Below are positions 34,780 to 46,932 of a stretch of DNA of 64,000 bases, in pieces; the first letter of the stretch is position 1; each line of letters begins with the position of its first letter. Below the pieces are notes generated by a model. It was given only the letters and a program-made list of their open reading frames with translations. It was not told the DNA's origin and searched no databases. The DNA is from Rhizodiscina lignyota. Its lineage: Eukaryota. The stretch lies in assembly GCA_010015805.1 (NCBI GenBank), contig ML978135.1, positions 248,001 through 312,000 on the forward strand. The letters are read 5' to 3'. A program made the translations under genes and the position numbers.

Positions 34780-36565
34780 ATGCCATATCGCGGGAAGCGT
34801 AGTGGAAGCTGTTCGGTATGCCGACAACGCAAGATCGGCTGCGGGAGACAGAGGCCGTCTTGTATCCAATGCAGGAAATCAGGGTGGACATGTACGGGCT
34901 ATCCGGACGATGTCGACGTCAACTTCTGCGATGAGACCGAATTCGTTATTCGAAAGGTGGAACGGCAGACACGAAAGAATCTGCAACCACCAACACCATC
35001 ACCATCTCGACCTTCAACGCCCGCACCGGAATTCCAACTTCCTCAGATATCAGATCGCGGCCTAGCGTTCTTCATACACATGAACATTTTCCGCCCAGAG
35101 GCAGACAAACCATACATGGTTGTCGGCGGCCAGGGGCCGTACGAGTTCTTTCCGGATCTGTTTCGAGAAGCCAAGCCCGATGGACTAATGGTGAATTGCA
35201 TGATCGCCGTGGGACTGGCGAGTTTGGCCAATGCAGGAAACTCTCCAGACTGGATGAAGCAGGCATGGAGATTCTATGGCAAGGCTCTGGGTCACTTGAG
35301 AGAGGCGACGAGTGACCCTGCTAAAGCCAAGGCCGATGAGACTCTGGTTGCTACGGGCATGCTGTGGATGTTTGATGTATGTCAAATGATGGCAGAGAGG
35401 TGTGAGTGCTCGCTTACCCGAATCGCAGATGACAAGTGGCTCGACGGTCTCGTTTATCAAAGTCGACAGTCCGCTCGCAAAAATGACAAGCGTCCACATT
35501 CTTGCATTGGGCCGCTTAATCAGCTTGCGCGGCCCTGAACAGTTTCGCACATCCATTGGTCGGCGGATTTATTTGAACATGAGGCGACTCATCCTCTATC
35601 ACCCGCCCACTCAACTGTGGAGTTCGAGTTCCTCGCCTACGAACGATTCAAGCGACACCTCACACATCGAATCGAAGATTGACCCTGCACTGTCACCTCC
35701 AGAGCAGGAAAGTCCGGCGTTACTAGCAAAAAAGCGACTGCCAAATCCGCAGAGACCCATGGCATATCCTACCGAAGTCTGGGCCTCTTGGGCAGAGCCG
35801 TATATAACGGAGGAGGAACGACCCAGCAATACTCTAATGACCGCGGTGGAACGTATAGCAAAAATGCGCGATCGCTTCAAAAACGAGAATATGAGTTGTC
35901 CATTCCAGATGATGGCTCTGCTTCAACCGATCGATGATATGATGGATGAGTTTCAGAGAGCCCTGACATCCTACTATGGCCCGACTTCTCATCCTCTAAC
36001 CCCTACTCGACAGCAGGATATGGATAGCTTCTACCCAGAGTATGATACGTACTTCGACCGATGGTCAGCATCGACGTGGCTTTATTATCACTTCGAGCGC
36101 GCACAGGCACACCATGATATCCTGGACAAAGTTCTCGAATTGAACCCTGTTCACCACCAAGAGATATTCATTCAGTGCCTAAACGCAATCCAACGCTGCA
36201 CCGCGGCCATCGTACGAGCCGTCCCGTTCTTCCTCGGCTGGAACGAACGCAGGATAAGAGATGTGGCTGATGATGAAAATAGCGATAGATCAGGGCCGCT
36301 CCAACAGGCTCATTCAATGTCAGGCGGTCATGCCCTCATTTATCAGCTCTACAAAGCCGCACAATTTCGACCGACCTGCAACGCACAGAGAGTGTGGATT
36401 GTTAAACAGGTCGACAAGCTCGCAAAACTCTTGGGTAACTGCTATGGCATTACGATGGCCGCGGTGCTGAAGGACTACAATGAAAAGAATATTGGAGATT
36501 TCATGTTGGATTGCGACGCGTCGCCAAGTGACCCTGTGTGGGACCCGGAGCAAGAGAGCCCCTGA
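34780..36565 (+). CDS. Zn(II)2Cys6 transcription factor (one intron, approx. 35377-35428)
   Basis: CSVCRQRKIGCGRQRPSCIQCRKSGWTC binuclear cluster, followed by a fungal TF helical region. Confidence 0.88.
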
Positions 36566-37417
36566 CTCTCTCGACACGTCAATACGCGACGTTCAGACAC
36601 GGACGCTCAAATGCCCTCTCAAGGATAAAACTTTCTACGGAGATATCAGTATTCTCAAGTGCGTCGAATTTGCAGCAAAGTCCTAAAGCCCGTTTATGTG
36701 CGCCAGGATATCGCCGACGGCCATGCTTTCTTAACACCGACTCGGATCAACCCGTCCGCTAGATGAACTCAATTGACAATAGGCCCATCGAGCCAAGTAC
36801 TGCAGCTGGGCGGACGTAAAATTAGCTGCAAAGGCCGGCATTAAACTATTTCGAGTGTCTCTAGCTGAGCTCTGTGCAACTTTTGATTGCGCATGCTTCC
36901 AACAACCCGTGCGACCAAGCTGCAAAAGCGAGCCAATCAGAATTGAAAGATCGATCAGATTATCGGTGGCGTCTTCATCGGTACTCCCGACCGACACTCG
37001 GTGATTGAGATCTTTCCTTTTATTTTCTGGGCCCTGAGTCGCCGTTTCCATCTGGGAGAACGTTGTCGCCGAACATGATGTGTGCGACCGGAAAAGTAGT
37101 GGCATTTTGAGGTGGAGCTACGCTATGGAGGCCCTACGGAGATAGACAAATGCCACTAGTACAAAGTCCGAAGTTCTACGCAGTCCTGACGACAACTTTA
37201 GATGAACTGTATATGCTGAATGAAAGGAAAGATATATAGGCTCGTCCTCTCGATCAATTGCCCCCAGATCAGTGTTTAGACATCAGTAACCGATATCTTC
37301 AAAGCTTCAATCTACTGAATGTTCAATTAGACCTTACTTATGAATCAAGTCCGTGGACTGCTTCACAAAGTCAACCCTTCCCTCACAAACGCCGCCAAAC
37401 ACCATACCCATTCCAAC

Positions 37418-38411
37418 ATGAGCAAGACTCTCGTCGTATTTGGCGCCACTGGCAACCAAGGTGGCTCCCTTGTTGATTACGTCCTCAACGACCGACAATT
37501 TTCCAAGGAATTCAAAGTTCGCGGCCTGACCCGCAATCCATCCGGTTCTAAAGGACAAGCTTTGGCGAACAAAGGTGCCGAAGTTGCGAGGCTTGACTAC
37601 GATGATCCCGCGACCATCAAGGAGGCCGTGAAGGGCGCTCACACCGTCTTCGCGATGACCAACACAAGTTCGTCTTCCAGAGCTCCAGCTCTTAAGCATT
37701 ACATATGTTGCTGACAGTCTGATAGTCTACGACCGCGCAACAAGAACCAAAGAGATCGACCAGGGCAAGGCCATAGGCGACGCGTGTGTCGAAGCGGGCG
37801 TCAAATACCTCTTATTCAGCACAAGTCAGCGCGTCGACAAGATCTCGAACGGCAAGCTCCAGAATGTCACACACTTCACCTTCAAAGCCCGCATCGAGGA
37901 CTATATCCGCACCCTACCGATCAAATCTTCCTTCTACTCACCGGGCTCGTTCATGCAGAACTTCCTAGGCAACCAGAAGCCCAAGCCGAGTCCCAGCGGT
38001 GACGGAAGCTATGCGGTCTCCTGCATCTACCCGGAGAGTACAGAAGTGCCTCTCATCGATATCGACGACACAGGCAAGTTTATCGGTGCCATACTCGCCG
38101 ATCCCGATAAGTACGAAGGCAAGGTCCTCTCTGCTGCAGATAAGCTGTATAACTACTCGGAGATTGTCTCAACGCTGAGCAAGGCCACTGGAAAGAATGT
38201 GGTGTATAAACAGCTGCCAGTGGAAGTCTTCAAAAGCTCCATGCCGCCGGGGTTTAACGTGGAGTTGGTTGAGATGTTCCAGCTGTTTGGCGACTATGGT
38301 TACTACGGTGAAGGCCAGAAGGAGAAGGTGGAATGGTCGGCAAATCAGGCGAGAGGGAAGTTGACATCGCTGGAGGAGTTCTTCAAGAAGCATCCTTTGA
38401 CGTTGGAATAA
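37418..38411 (+). CDS. NmrA-like NAD(P)-binding protein (2 exons)
   Basis: LVVFGATGNQGGS, VRGLTRNP, GAHTVFAMT, HFTFKARIEDYIR and PLIDIDDTGKF. Confidence 0.92.
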
Positions 38412-39032
38412 TACCTCGCGAGGGAGATTGCATGGTAATGATCCGGCGTTTGACTTGTGGCAATGATACTGCAGCTCGTTAGTTGATCCAGATACAATCA
38501 ACAGCTTTCGCTACTGAAACAGCAGAGTGAATGCAAGAATGAGGTGATGACTTCAGCTCTGCATGAAGCAAGTAAGAAGTGAGTCGTTTTCGCTTCTTGA
38601 TCTCAAATGCCGAGTTAGTGTTCTGGAGACGTAGAGCAATAGTGACAAATGATAAACAGAGATGAACTTCTTCGGACATGGAAGATATATCATATATGTG
38701 CCACCAATCGGAAAGATTGCTATGAACGCATCACCCACACAAGCGCTCAAATGTTCCCTCTGCGTCTTTCCATCTAATCCAAGTGCATTGCTAATATCCA
38801 TCCCCAGCTCTACCAACCATTTTTCGTTCTCTCTTCTACTACGAATTTTCCCACGGCGAGGCAGAACCGCGTCCGCTCATGTTGTCATGGTAGGGCCATT
38901 GGATTGAGTGGAAACTGAGGATGAATTTCCGGTTACGGGTGCTTGCATTACAGGGAATTCACCGACAACCGCCGGTTAGGAGCATCCGATTCCAGACGTT
39001 TTAACGCCAGAATAGTGCAGGGCCGAGATTAT

Positions 39033-40841
39033 TTATTCGCCCGAGCTGGATGGAACTCTACTGACTGGTTTCTGCACACCAGGACGGTCGGCGAATTTCA
39101 TCATGCGGAGGCCAGTGCGGAACGAAGGTCCAGTCATGTTCTGAATTTCACCGGTCCAAGCGAGCTCTCTTTCCAATCCGTGCTGGCGGAAGTGTTGCCG
39201 AGCGGCCCAAGTGGGATACGTCGTGCACTGGCAGGCAAGCATCCCAAGCTCAGTCTTGTGAGAGTACTCCATGGATTGGCATATAAACCGTGCCAATCTA
39301 TTTGCCTCACTCCTGACGAATTCGATTGATGGCCACTTTGCATCGCTTGGAGAGCTTCTCAGAGCTTGCACGGGTAGTTGGTATTGGTGCATTGCAATGG
39401 ACTCTGAGAGCCCCTGTTGGTGGGCAGACCAAGTAACTGACGTACAGTCTTCATCATCCATGATATCATGCATGCTTGGAACCTTCTCAAGGTTGTTCTG
39501 CATAAGGGTGTACAGCTGGTCGATTGCATCCAAGCATTGCAGCATGACAGACCAGCCAAATGTTAAAAGTATCACCTTGTTCAAGCCTGCAAATTCCAAG
39601 GAGAACGGGAAGACTTTGTCAGACGGGGACGTATCTGCAGGGTTGCAGACAGTCGACGGAACTGCCGTGTAGAGGGGTGTCTCCGAAGACACTCTAAGGT
39701 CTTCATTCCAGAAATATAGCCTCACCAGAGCAGTAGCAAACGACCGAATCAAGTTGGAGCCCCACTGCAACAAGACGTCTTTTCGGGGAGTCGAGCTGAG
39801 AAGATCAGCTTCTTCGAGAAGCACCGGGACGTCCGCGATCATCTCCATAAGGACCTCGAAAAAATCATTTGAGAATTTTACCGATGCAATTTGGTTCCAT
39901 TCGATTACCGAGAGAAACGTTGCTCGCCGATTTGTGAGGCCGTCAAGAACCTGAGGTGCCAACATCAGTAAGGGTCGCATGCGTTTGGGGAAAAGGTAGG
40001 ATGAATAAGGGAAACACTCACGCATATCGTCCTGAGCCGAGAAACCAAATGGTGCCACATAGAGCTCGAGGTCATAGCGGCCTTAGAATTCCGTAGCCTG
40101 AGGAGCTCGCTGATCCCACCAGCGTGCGCCCGCCAGCCCGTGTCCTGCGGACACAGAAAGATCTCGCATGTTGACAATACAATAATCGTTGCCAAGGTCT
40201 CGTCGCAGGCTTTTGTGTCAGGGTTCTCGAGGTCGGTGCAAAGATGGGTAATAGCTGTGTTATACAGCTGCAAGCCTTGTCCGAGAGTAGCATTGCCCGA
40301 GCCAGTGACGTACAGCAGCGACATAGCGAATGCCAAAAGCGCAACATCCAAGGCCTGGCTTGGACCGGACAAATCGGCCGCTCCATAAATCCACGAATAG
40401 GCGGTATGCTTCAGATGATACTCAGTATTCGGCTCGCGTGGTAGGTAGAGTCTCTTGATCAGGTCCACCGCGCGGCGTCGAAAGTTGATACCATTCTTGG
40501 AAGACTCGACGAGATCCTGTATCACCGTCTCCAGCTCTGGCTCCGCAGAATGCGTTACCAGGGGTTCGCTTCGAGAATTCTGAAATTTAAGATCCGATAG
40601 GACGGATACGGCAGTCAAAGAGACGTTTTCAGGCGTTCGGTTCACGAAAACCAGGTTCTTCTCATAGCCGCCACATTTAATGTTCGCCTTTGTACATCGA
40701 AGACATGCCGGCCGGCGAAGGTCACACTATTCCATAATTTAGCATCTTGTACGATTTTAAAATTTCATCTCTACACCATACCTTGACCCGTCGCCGACGA
40801 CAGTCATGACAAGCCTGAGATTTTCCAGCGACTCCAACCAT
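39033..40841 (-). CDS. Zn(II)2Cys6 transcription factor (3 exons)
   Basis: Spliced N-terminus MVGVAGKSQACHDCRRRRVK/CDLRRPACLRCTKANIKCGGY, continuing into the ORFs at 39965-40645 and 39033-40058. Confidence 0.88.
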
Positions 40842-41654
40842 TTTGATCTGAAGAATGCAGCAAAAGAAGCGACTCTAACATGGTTTCCATAAGAGGGTGC
40901 CGAGCCTCGGGCAGTAGGCTCACCAGTTAGTCAGGAGAATTTGAAGGACAGTGCAGGAGGCGTTGGTGCACGGGGCATACGAGGAACGTGTGGCCGACAG
41001 TGGATCGCCAGGTGGAGTTGCGATTTCAGCTTCGAGTCGCTGACAAATTATCCCAGATCTCTTGGCAGTATCTCTTGGCTCTCCACGGCTCCACGGGAGT
41101 CGGTGTTGGCTCTTGTTCCGCACACACCCGTATCAGGGCATTTCCACTCTCGGTATCATCCTTCGAGGTCCGCATTAAATCGCATCTCAAAGACTGTAAT
41201 AATATGTATAATTTAGCGGATCTCGCCCTTTATGACTCTTTTATGTCGCCTGGAGCCAGCAACTTAATTCTTACTATAACTAGTGGGCCACCGTCATGTC
41301 ATCACAGAGCCTGTTTTTCTGCGGCGACCTCCTTTAGTATCAATTCTCGAGACGGAGGCTCCACTACCCGAGGTTTGGTGAATCCGAAAGGACGCCGCTA
41401 CGCGCCACGCCGCAATTTTAACAGTGCGGGCTTATACTTCTCCGTACAATTGATTTAAAGATTGACGAGTTAGGTATCAATTTTCAAAGGGATGCTCAAC
41501 TTAATGACTACGGTGATTGTCTCGCCCGATAATCCAAACGTCCCCTCAAATCGCTTCCTCAGGTGTCCAGCTCTGCGCCCGACGGTATAAAGTAGTGGCG
41601 CCGACGCTCCTGTGAGAACCACATCGTCTTGCATACATAGCGATCTTGGCAACA

Positions 41655-43261
41655 ATGGCTTCAACTTCGATTGACAAAGAGCTAAAAATACCGGCCACGG
41701 TAACGCCAAGCCATATACCATCAAGTAATCACTCTGTCTCATCACAAGAGCCCCTTGATAAAGCGGCAGGACAGAGCGCAAGCCGTGGGAACGACGCCGA
41801 TCCAGACACCAAAGATCTCGAGGCTGCACCGGATCAGCCTGAAAAAACAGCGACGCCCAACGCCCAAGCCACGGAGTTTGGCCCGCCCCCAGACGGAGGA
41901 TGGGAGGCATGGCTAGTAGTAGCTGGAGGTTTCTGCACAATCTTTGCTAGCTTTGGTTGGATCAACTGTCAGCTCCCTTTCCAGAAGTATTCAATTGTTC
42001 ATGTCTTGATCTAACAAGATCCGCACAGGTATCGGCGTATTTCAGGACTACTATGAGTTCCACCAATTGAGCAACTTCTCCCCAAGCACGATTGCATGGA
42101 TTCCGTCAACAGAGTCGTTCATGCTCTTCTTCTGGGTATGCCAACCAAATATCTCGTATGCCCCAACGCCGCCGACTAGCACTGACTCGTGGATCAGGGA
42201 CCTGTAGCTGGCAAGATGGCTGATGATCTAGGTCCCCGATGGCCGCTTCTTCTGGGATCTGTTTTGCACATATTCGGACTTATGATGACCTCGATATCTG
42301 ACAAATACTATCAGATATTCCTGGCTCAAAGTGTCTGTAGTGCCATTGGATGTAGCTTTCTGTTCTATCCAAGTGAGTGAAGGTTTGTAAATGGAACTGT
42401 AGGACTGAGTTAACAATGTCAGCAATTGCCGCCTGTGGGACGTGGTTCCTCAAACATCGTGCTCTCGCATTCGGTATCATGGTCTCTGGCTCCAGCCTTG
42501 GTGGCGTGACACTTCCAATTATGGTCAATCATCTAGTTGTGCGCATCGGGTTTGGATGGGCCATGCGAAGTACAGCGTTCCTGCTTCTCGGGCTGCTTAT
42601 CTTCGGTAATCTTGCTGTTAAATCCCGGCTTCCCCCAGCGCGGCGACCTATAAGTCTAATGGACTTTATTTCACCGTTTGCCGAAGTACCATTCTTGCTG
42701 TTAGCTATCGGAGGCTTTTTCGCATACTTTGGCGGCTTTCTGCCATTCAACTACATCATCGTCCAAGGCAAAGCGGAGGGCATGTCGAACAACCTGTCTG
42801 GCTACCTGGTTCCAATCGTAAATGCGGCAAGCACCTTCGGCCGAATTATCCCGGGACACCTTGGAGATAAATACGGAGTTTTTAACGTTATGATTGTGTT
42901 CACAGCGTTCGGTGGCATTTTATGCCTGGCGCTTTGGCTACCTGCTGCATCTAGCGCACCCCTTATAGTTTTTGCCGCGCTATACGGCTTCGCGTCCGGT
43001 ACTACACTTTCGATTATCCCAGCCCTGGTAGCGCAGATATCCGATATACGGAAACTGGGAGTTCGGAATGGAACGCTCTACGCTTTCACCTCTTTTGGAG
43101 TTCTGACAGGGAGTCCGATTGCGGGGGCAATTGTTAACAACCAACATGGGGGTTTCTCAGGATTGAAGATATTTGGCGGCATTACCCTTCTTCTGTCAGC
43201 CGTGTTTGTTATCTTTTCTAGAACGGTTCAAGTGGGTATGAAAGCGAAGGTCAAGATTTAA
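41655..43261 (+). CDS. MFS monocarboxylate-porter-like transporter (MCH family), multi-exon
   Basis: PPDGGWEAWLVVAGGF, GVFQDYY, WFLKHRALAFGIMVSGSSLGG, GFGWAMR and GRIIPGHLGDKYG. Confidence 0.92.
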
Positions 43262-44672
43262 GATAGACCAGGTAGACGTAGACATTTTGCTTTTGACCTG
43301 GGTCCGTTTATGTTCTGCCCCTAGCCGGCGGCTCTTGAATTTACACTGGGTCAGTCCCTCATCCCATGGGATGAATAAAATCACCGAGTACCATGTTTGG
43401 CTTGTTACAAAATTTTGATCCTCAGCAGTCATTAGGAACAGGTCAGCCTGATTATGCACATTTTCATGTGCTCTTTCGAGTCCCTCTCAACATCACGAAC
43501 TCAATTGAAAATTATGTCACCGATGTGTGCCAGAGCTTCAGGAATATCTCTGCTTACTGGGAAATTTCTACAACAACAGGCTCTTCAATGTCCAACAAGC
43601 AGAAACCCCGCAGATTACTCCTTGCCACCTTGGTTGCTGCTTGTTATAGCGGCAAACTTACAGCACGAACCTTTTTGGGAAGGCATGGAGTAGCTATAGA
43701 TCGCTGAGATCAGGATATTGTCTCAGCTAAGCGAAGGACGGCTCATGTAATCGTACACAAGCCGAACCATCTTTGAATGAAAGTGTTATTCTTTTTGATA
43801 GTTAATAACTATTAGAGACTCAAAGCAACCTTACCACTAAATTCTAATAGTATGGAATTCTTCAACAAGGTAGCGAGAACGGCCCCAAGATCTCTCCGAG
43901 GCACTGTTTATCCCACGGCTCAGTTCTGCGACCAACGATGAGGCGATATCATCGATTAAAAGGTATTCGGTCGCCCATTAGATGTGTTCATCTCTCTCTA
44001 ACTACTGTCTCTCAGACCGAACCCGTGGGCTGCACTCTTAACATATGTGCTAAACTTCCGAAGGACGACCATATTCTTCTCTGCGCTGTCAAGCAGTTGG
44101 ATGGCATTGTCGCTGTGACCCTGTGACTGACCTATCTGACACAAGACTTTGGATCGGAGCCGCTTCAAATACGTAGTGAGATGATTGAGACAGGATCATG
44201 GTCGAGGAAGAAGGCACTCGCAGCGGCAACAATAAACGTATTCGTGATGTCGTCGGCCAGTTCGAACGTGAAAGGAAACTATAATGATAGGGGTGACTAT
44301 GATACCCTCTAATGGTATCTACAGGGAGCCGGGGAATATCACAATGCCTTTGGTGACAGGGCATGGTTACTATGCCCTGCCAACTATCATTATGAAAGGT
44401 CTTGATTCTCGTGAGCGAGCGAGGCTTGCAGCAACATTACTCTTCTGTGACAACGAGAAACAAATTCTCCAAGTCAGGCTGGGCAAAGCTGCTCCTCGAT
44501 AATCTCAAATTAGATCATCGGCAATGAAGTACATTTCGAGTAAGTCTCTGTGTTTGTGGATCAGAAACATTTGCTCTTTCCAAGCTCAAAAGCAACCAAA
44601 AGACATGGAGCAAAAGCCCACTAACTAAATTAAAGTTCGCGCTAGTTTCAAATTACGATACTCGATCATCTC

Positions 44673-45740
44673 TCATTTCACTCGCAGCGCTTTCTTCAAT
44701 TTGTTGAGCCCTCCACTTTGCCGTGCCCAACGGTCAATCAACCACATTGGGAGAAGTAGGTGGATGAGGTAGATCTTGAATGCTCCGTACCCTCGTCGGA
44801 TATAACGGGTATATCGCCACCTCGATAAGAGTACAGCGATCGTGCTCCTCGTCACCGCGAATCGATCATGGCCTTTCGAGCCGGACAGGGAACCTGACAT
44901 CACCTTCTCGGCCTGCTCCCGAATGGGAAGGTACGCAGAAGTTGGAGGCAGTTGGACGTGTTGACCACCCTCCTTGTTCTCGAAGAATTTTGTTCTAATT
45001 GAGCTTGTAATGAGAGCAACGACCTGTAACCATAGCGTGAGTAACCTCGTCACGTAGACTAATAAAAAATTTAGGTACCTTGATGTCGAAAGGTGAGAGT
45101 TCGACTCGCATGTTGTCAGTCAAACTAGTCACTGCCGCTTTGGAGCTGTTGTATATGCTCATAAATGGCCGATTGAACCCTTGAATACCGGCAATGCTGG
45201 ATTGATTTACCACCGTTCCTACCTCTGGAGTCAGAAAGAAGTTAAAGAGCAATCTGCAAGTTTTTTACCTTTAGCGGCCCTTAGCAAGGGGAAAAATGCT
45301 TGAGTGACGGCGAGGACACCCCATACATTGACGTCGTATTGCTTCTTCGCCTTCTCGATGTCGGCGTCCATCAATGGCATGTAGTAGCCATAGCCCGCAT
45401 TGTCTGCCAGGAAAAGTCATATCGTCAATGGATGACTCTGCGGTCCGTTGAACCCTTGGAATTAAACCAACGTACTTATCAGAAAGTCCAATTTCCCATC
45501 TGTAATCTTCTCCACCTGCTGAACTGCCGCAGCAATTGATTCGGCGGACGTCACGTCCAACTCCACGTGCACCAAAGATGCCCCATATTTCTCATCGTCT
45601 CCGTGCAGATAGTCCAGCAGCTTGATATCGACGGCCGTCGCGATCACGTTTACTTTACGCTTGAGGAATGCGTCAACTTCGGCGTCTCCCATGCCACCGG
45701 CACTGACGCCGGTGACGAGAGCCCATTTCGTTCCTGCCAT
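44673..45740 (-). CDS. Short-chain dehydrogenase/reductase (AYR1 / acyl-DHAP reductase-like), multi-exon
   Basis: ALVTGVSAGGMG, LDVTS, NNAG, YDVNVWG, YNSSK (YxxxK) and RVELSPFDIKV. Confidence 0.88.
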
Positions 45741-45951
45741 TGTAAAGTATAATCAGACATATTGATCCGCAAAACTCTAATGTATATATGAGCTGCGGTC
45801 GGTTACTACCCGCGGACAAGCCCCACATGCAAGATGCGGGGTGCGATTGGGGAGGACGCTTGAGAGTTTCCGGGCTATAGATTTAGTCACCGAGACTAAG
45901 CTTCCTTCTCAATATACCTAACACGACTAGTTTCTAAGCTTCCTAGCTTTT

Positions 45952-46147
45952 AAGCGTCTACAGTAACAGCGAGGTTGTTCTTCCACATAATCGAGAGCAT
46001 CTCTGAAAGCTCGATTAAACATATACCAGATAGTACTTATTTAAAACACTCAGTACCAGTGTATATAATTTATATTAACTTAGGAGGATATACATCCTCG
46101 CGATTCGATATATTGCAGCTACGACTCGACATTTTTGTCACCCACTT
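45952..46147 (+). repeat. Dispersed ~190-bp repeat, copy A (probable transposon relic)
   Basis: Aligns collinearly with 55418-55611, e.g. acataatcgagaRcatctctgaaagctcgattaaaYatata...tttttgtcacYcactt. Confidence 0.85.
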
Positions 46148-46932
46148 GGTAGGTAAGGATCCTCCTCTGCTAATCGTAAGGACCACCTAGAGGCTCCAGA
46201 CGAGTTCTTGAATCGTTTCCCTTCGATTCTTTACACATCCACTACCAAAAGCTGAATGTCATTATCGTCGTCGTTTTGAGCCATCTTGTATGAACTGTAT
46301 CTTTGCTCATGCCGAACAGAGCACCTGTGAGGCACAGTATGATATTGCAGAAGGAAGTGAAAGATCATAGAGGTCGACACAACACGCGACGATTGAGGCT
46401 CAAGTGGGGGTGTGTGCGCATCTCTTATTTCACCGGCGAAGAGCTTGGTCAAGGTTCAGTCTGATCTGCATCACACGAAACCAGATTGGTCATGTCTGTC
46501 CGCTCGCGCTCTATCCAGTATCAGATACGATAGACGAATTGAGGAGTGGCAGGCAGGGGGCATGCCACGCGTCCGGCTCAAACCAGCCATTGGACTGCAG
46601 GACTCACGAAGCGACCTGCCGAACTCGTGCTGAAAAATCATAACACCATCTAGCAGCTGAGTGCTCGATGGCTTGCATCAATGGCTTGCATGAATGAGGG
46701 GGTTGTGCCAATGAGTCCAACTCGCGACCAGCCTTCTCGTGCCCATCAGCCAGGCTCGCGATGGCGACAGATGATGCATGATTGGCGGCAGTTGGGGCGT
46801 TCCAGAGGCTCTATGGATGCTCTTCTATAACTACTTCCTGCCTGCAGCCTTGTCAGGTATTTACTCCGTAGTCCCCGGCGCACTCTCCCCTTACCTTTCA
46901 GCTTCGCCGCATGGCATTGTCCGTCCGTGGCA

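Noticed and set aside
43393..44502. Short ORFs between the MFS transporter and the SDR
   Set aside because: No family motif or splice model recognisable; cannot be supported as a gene or pseudogene without a search.
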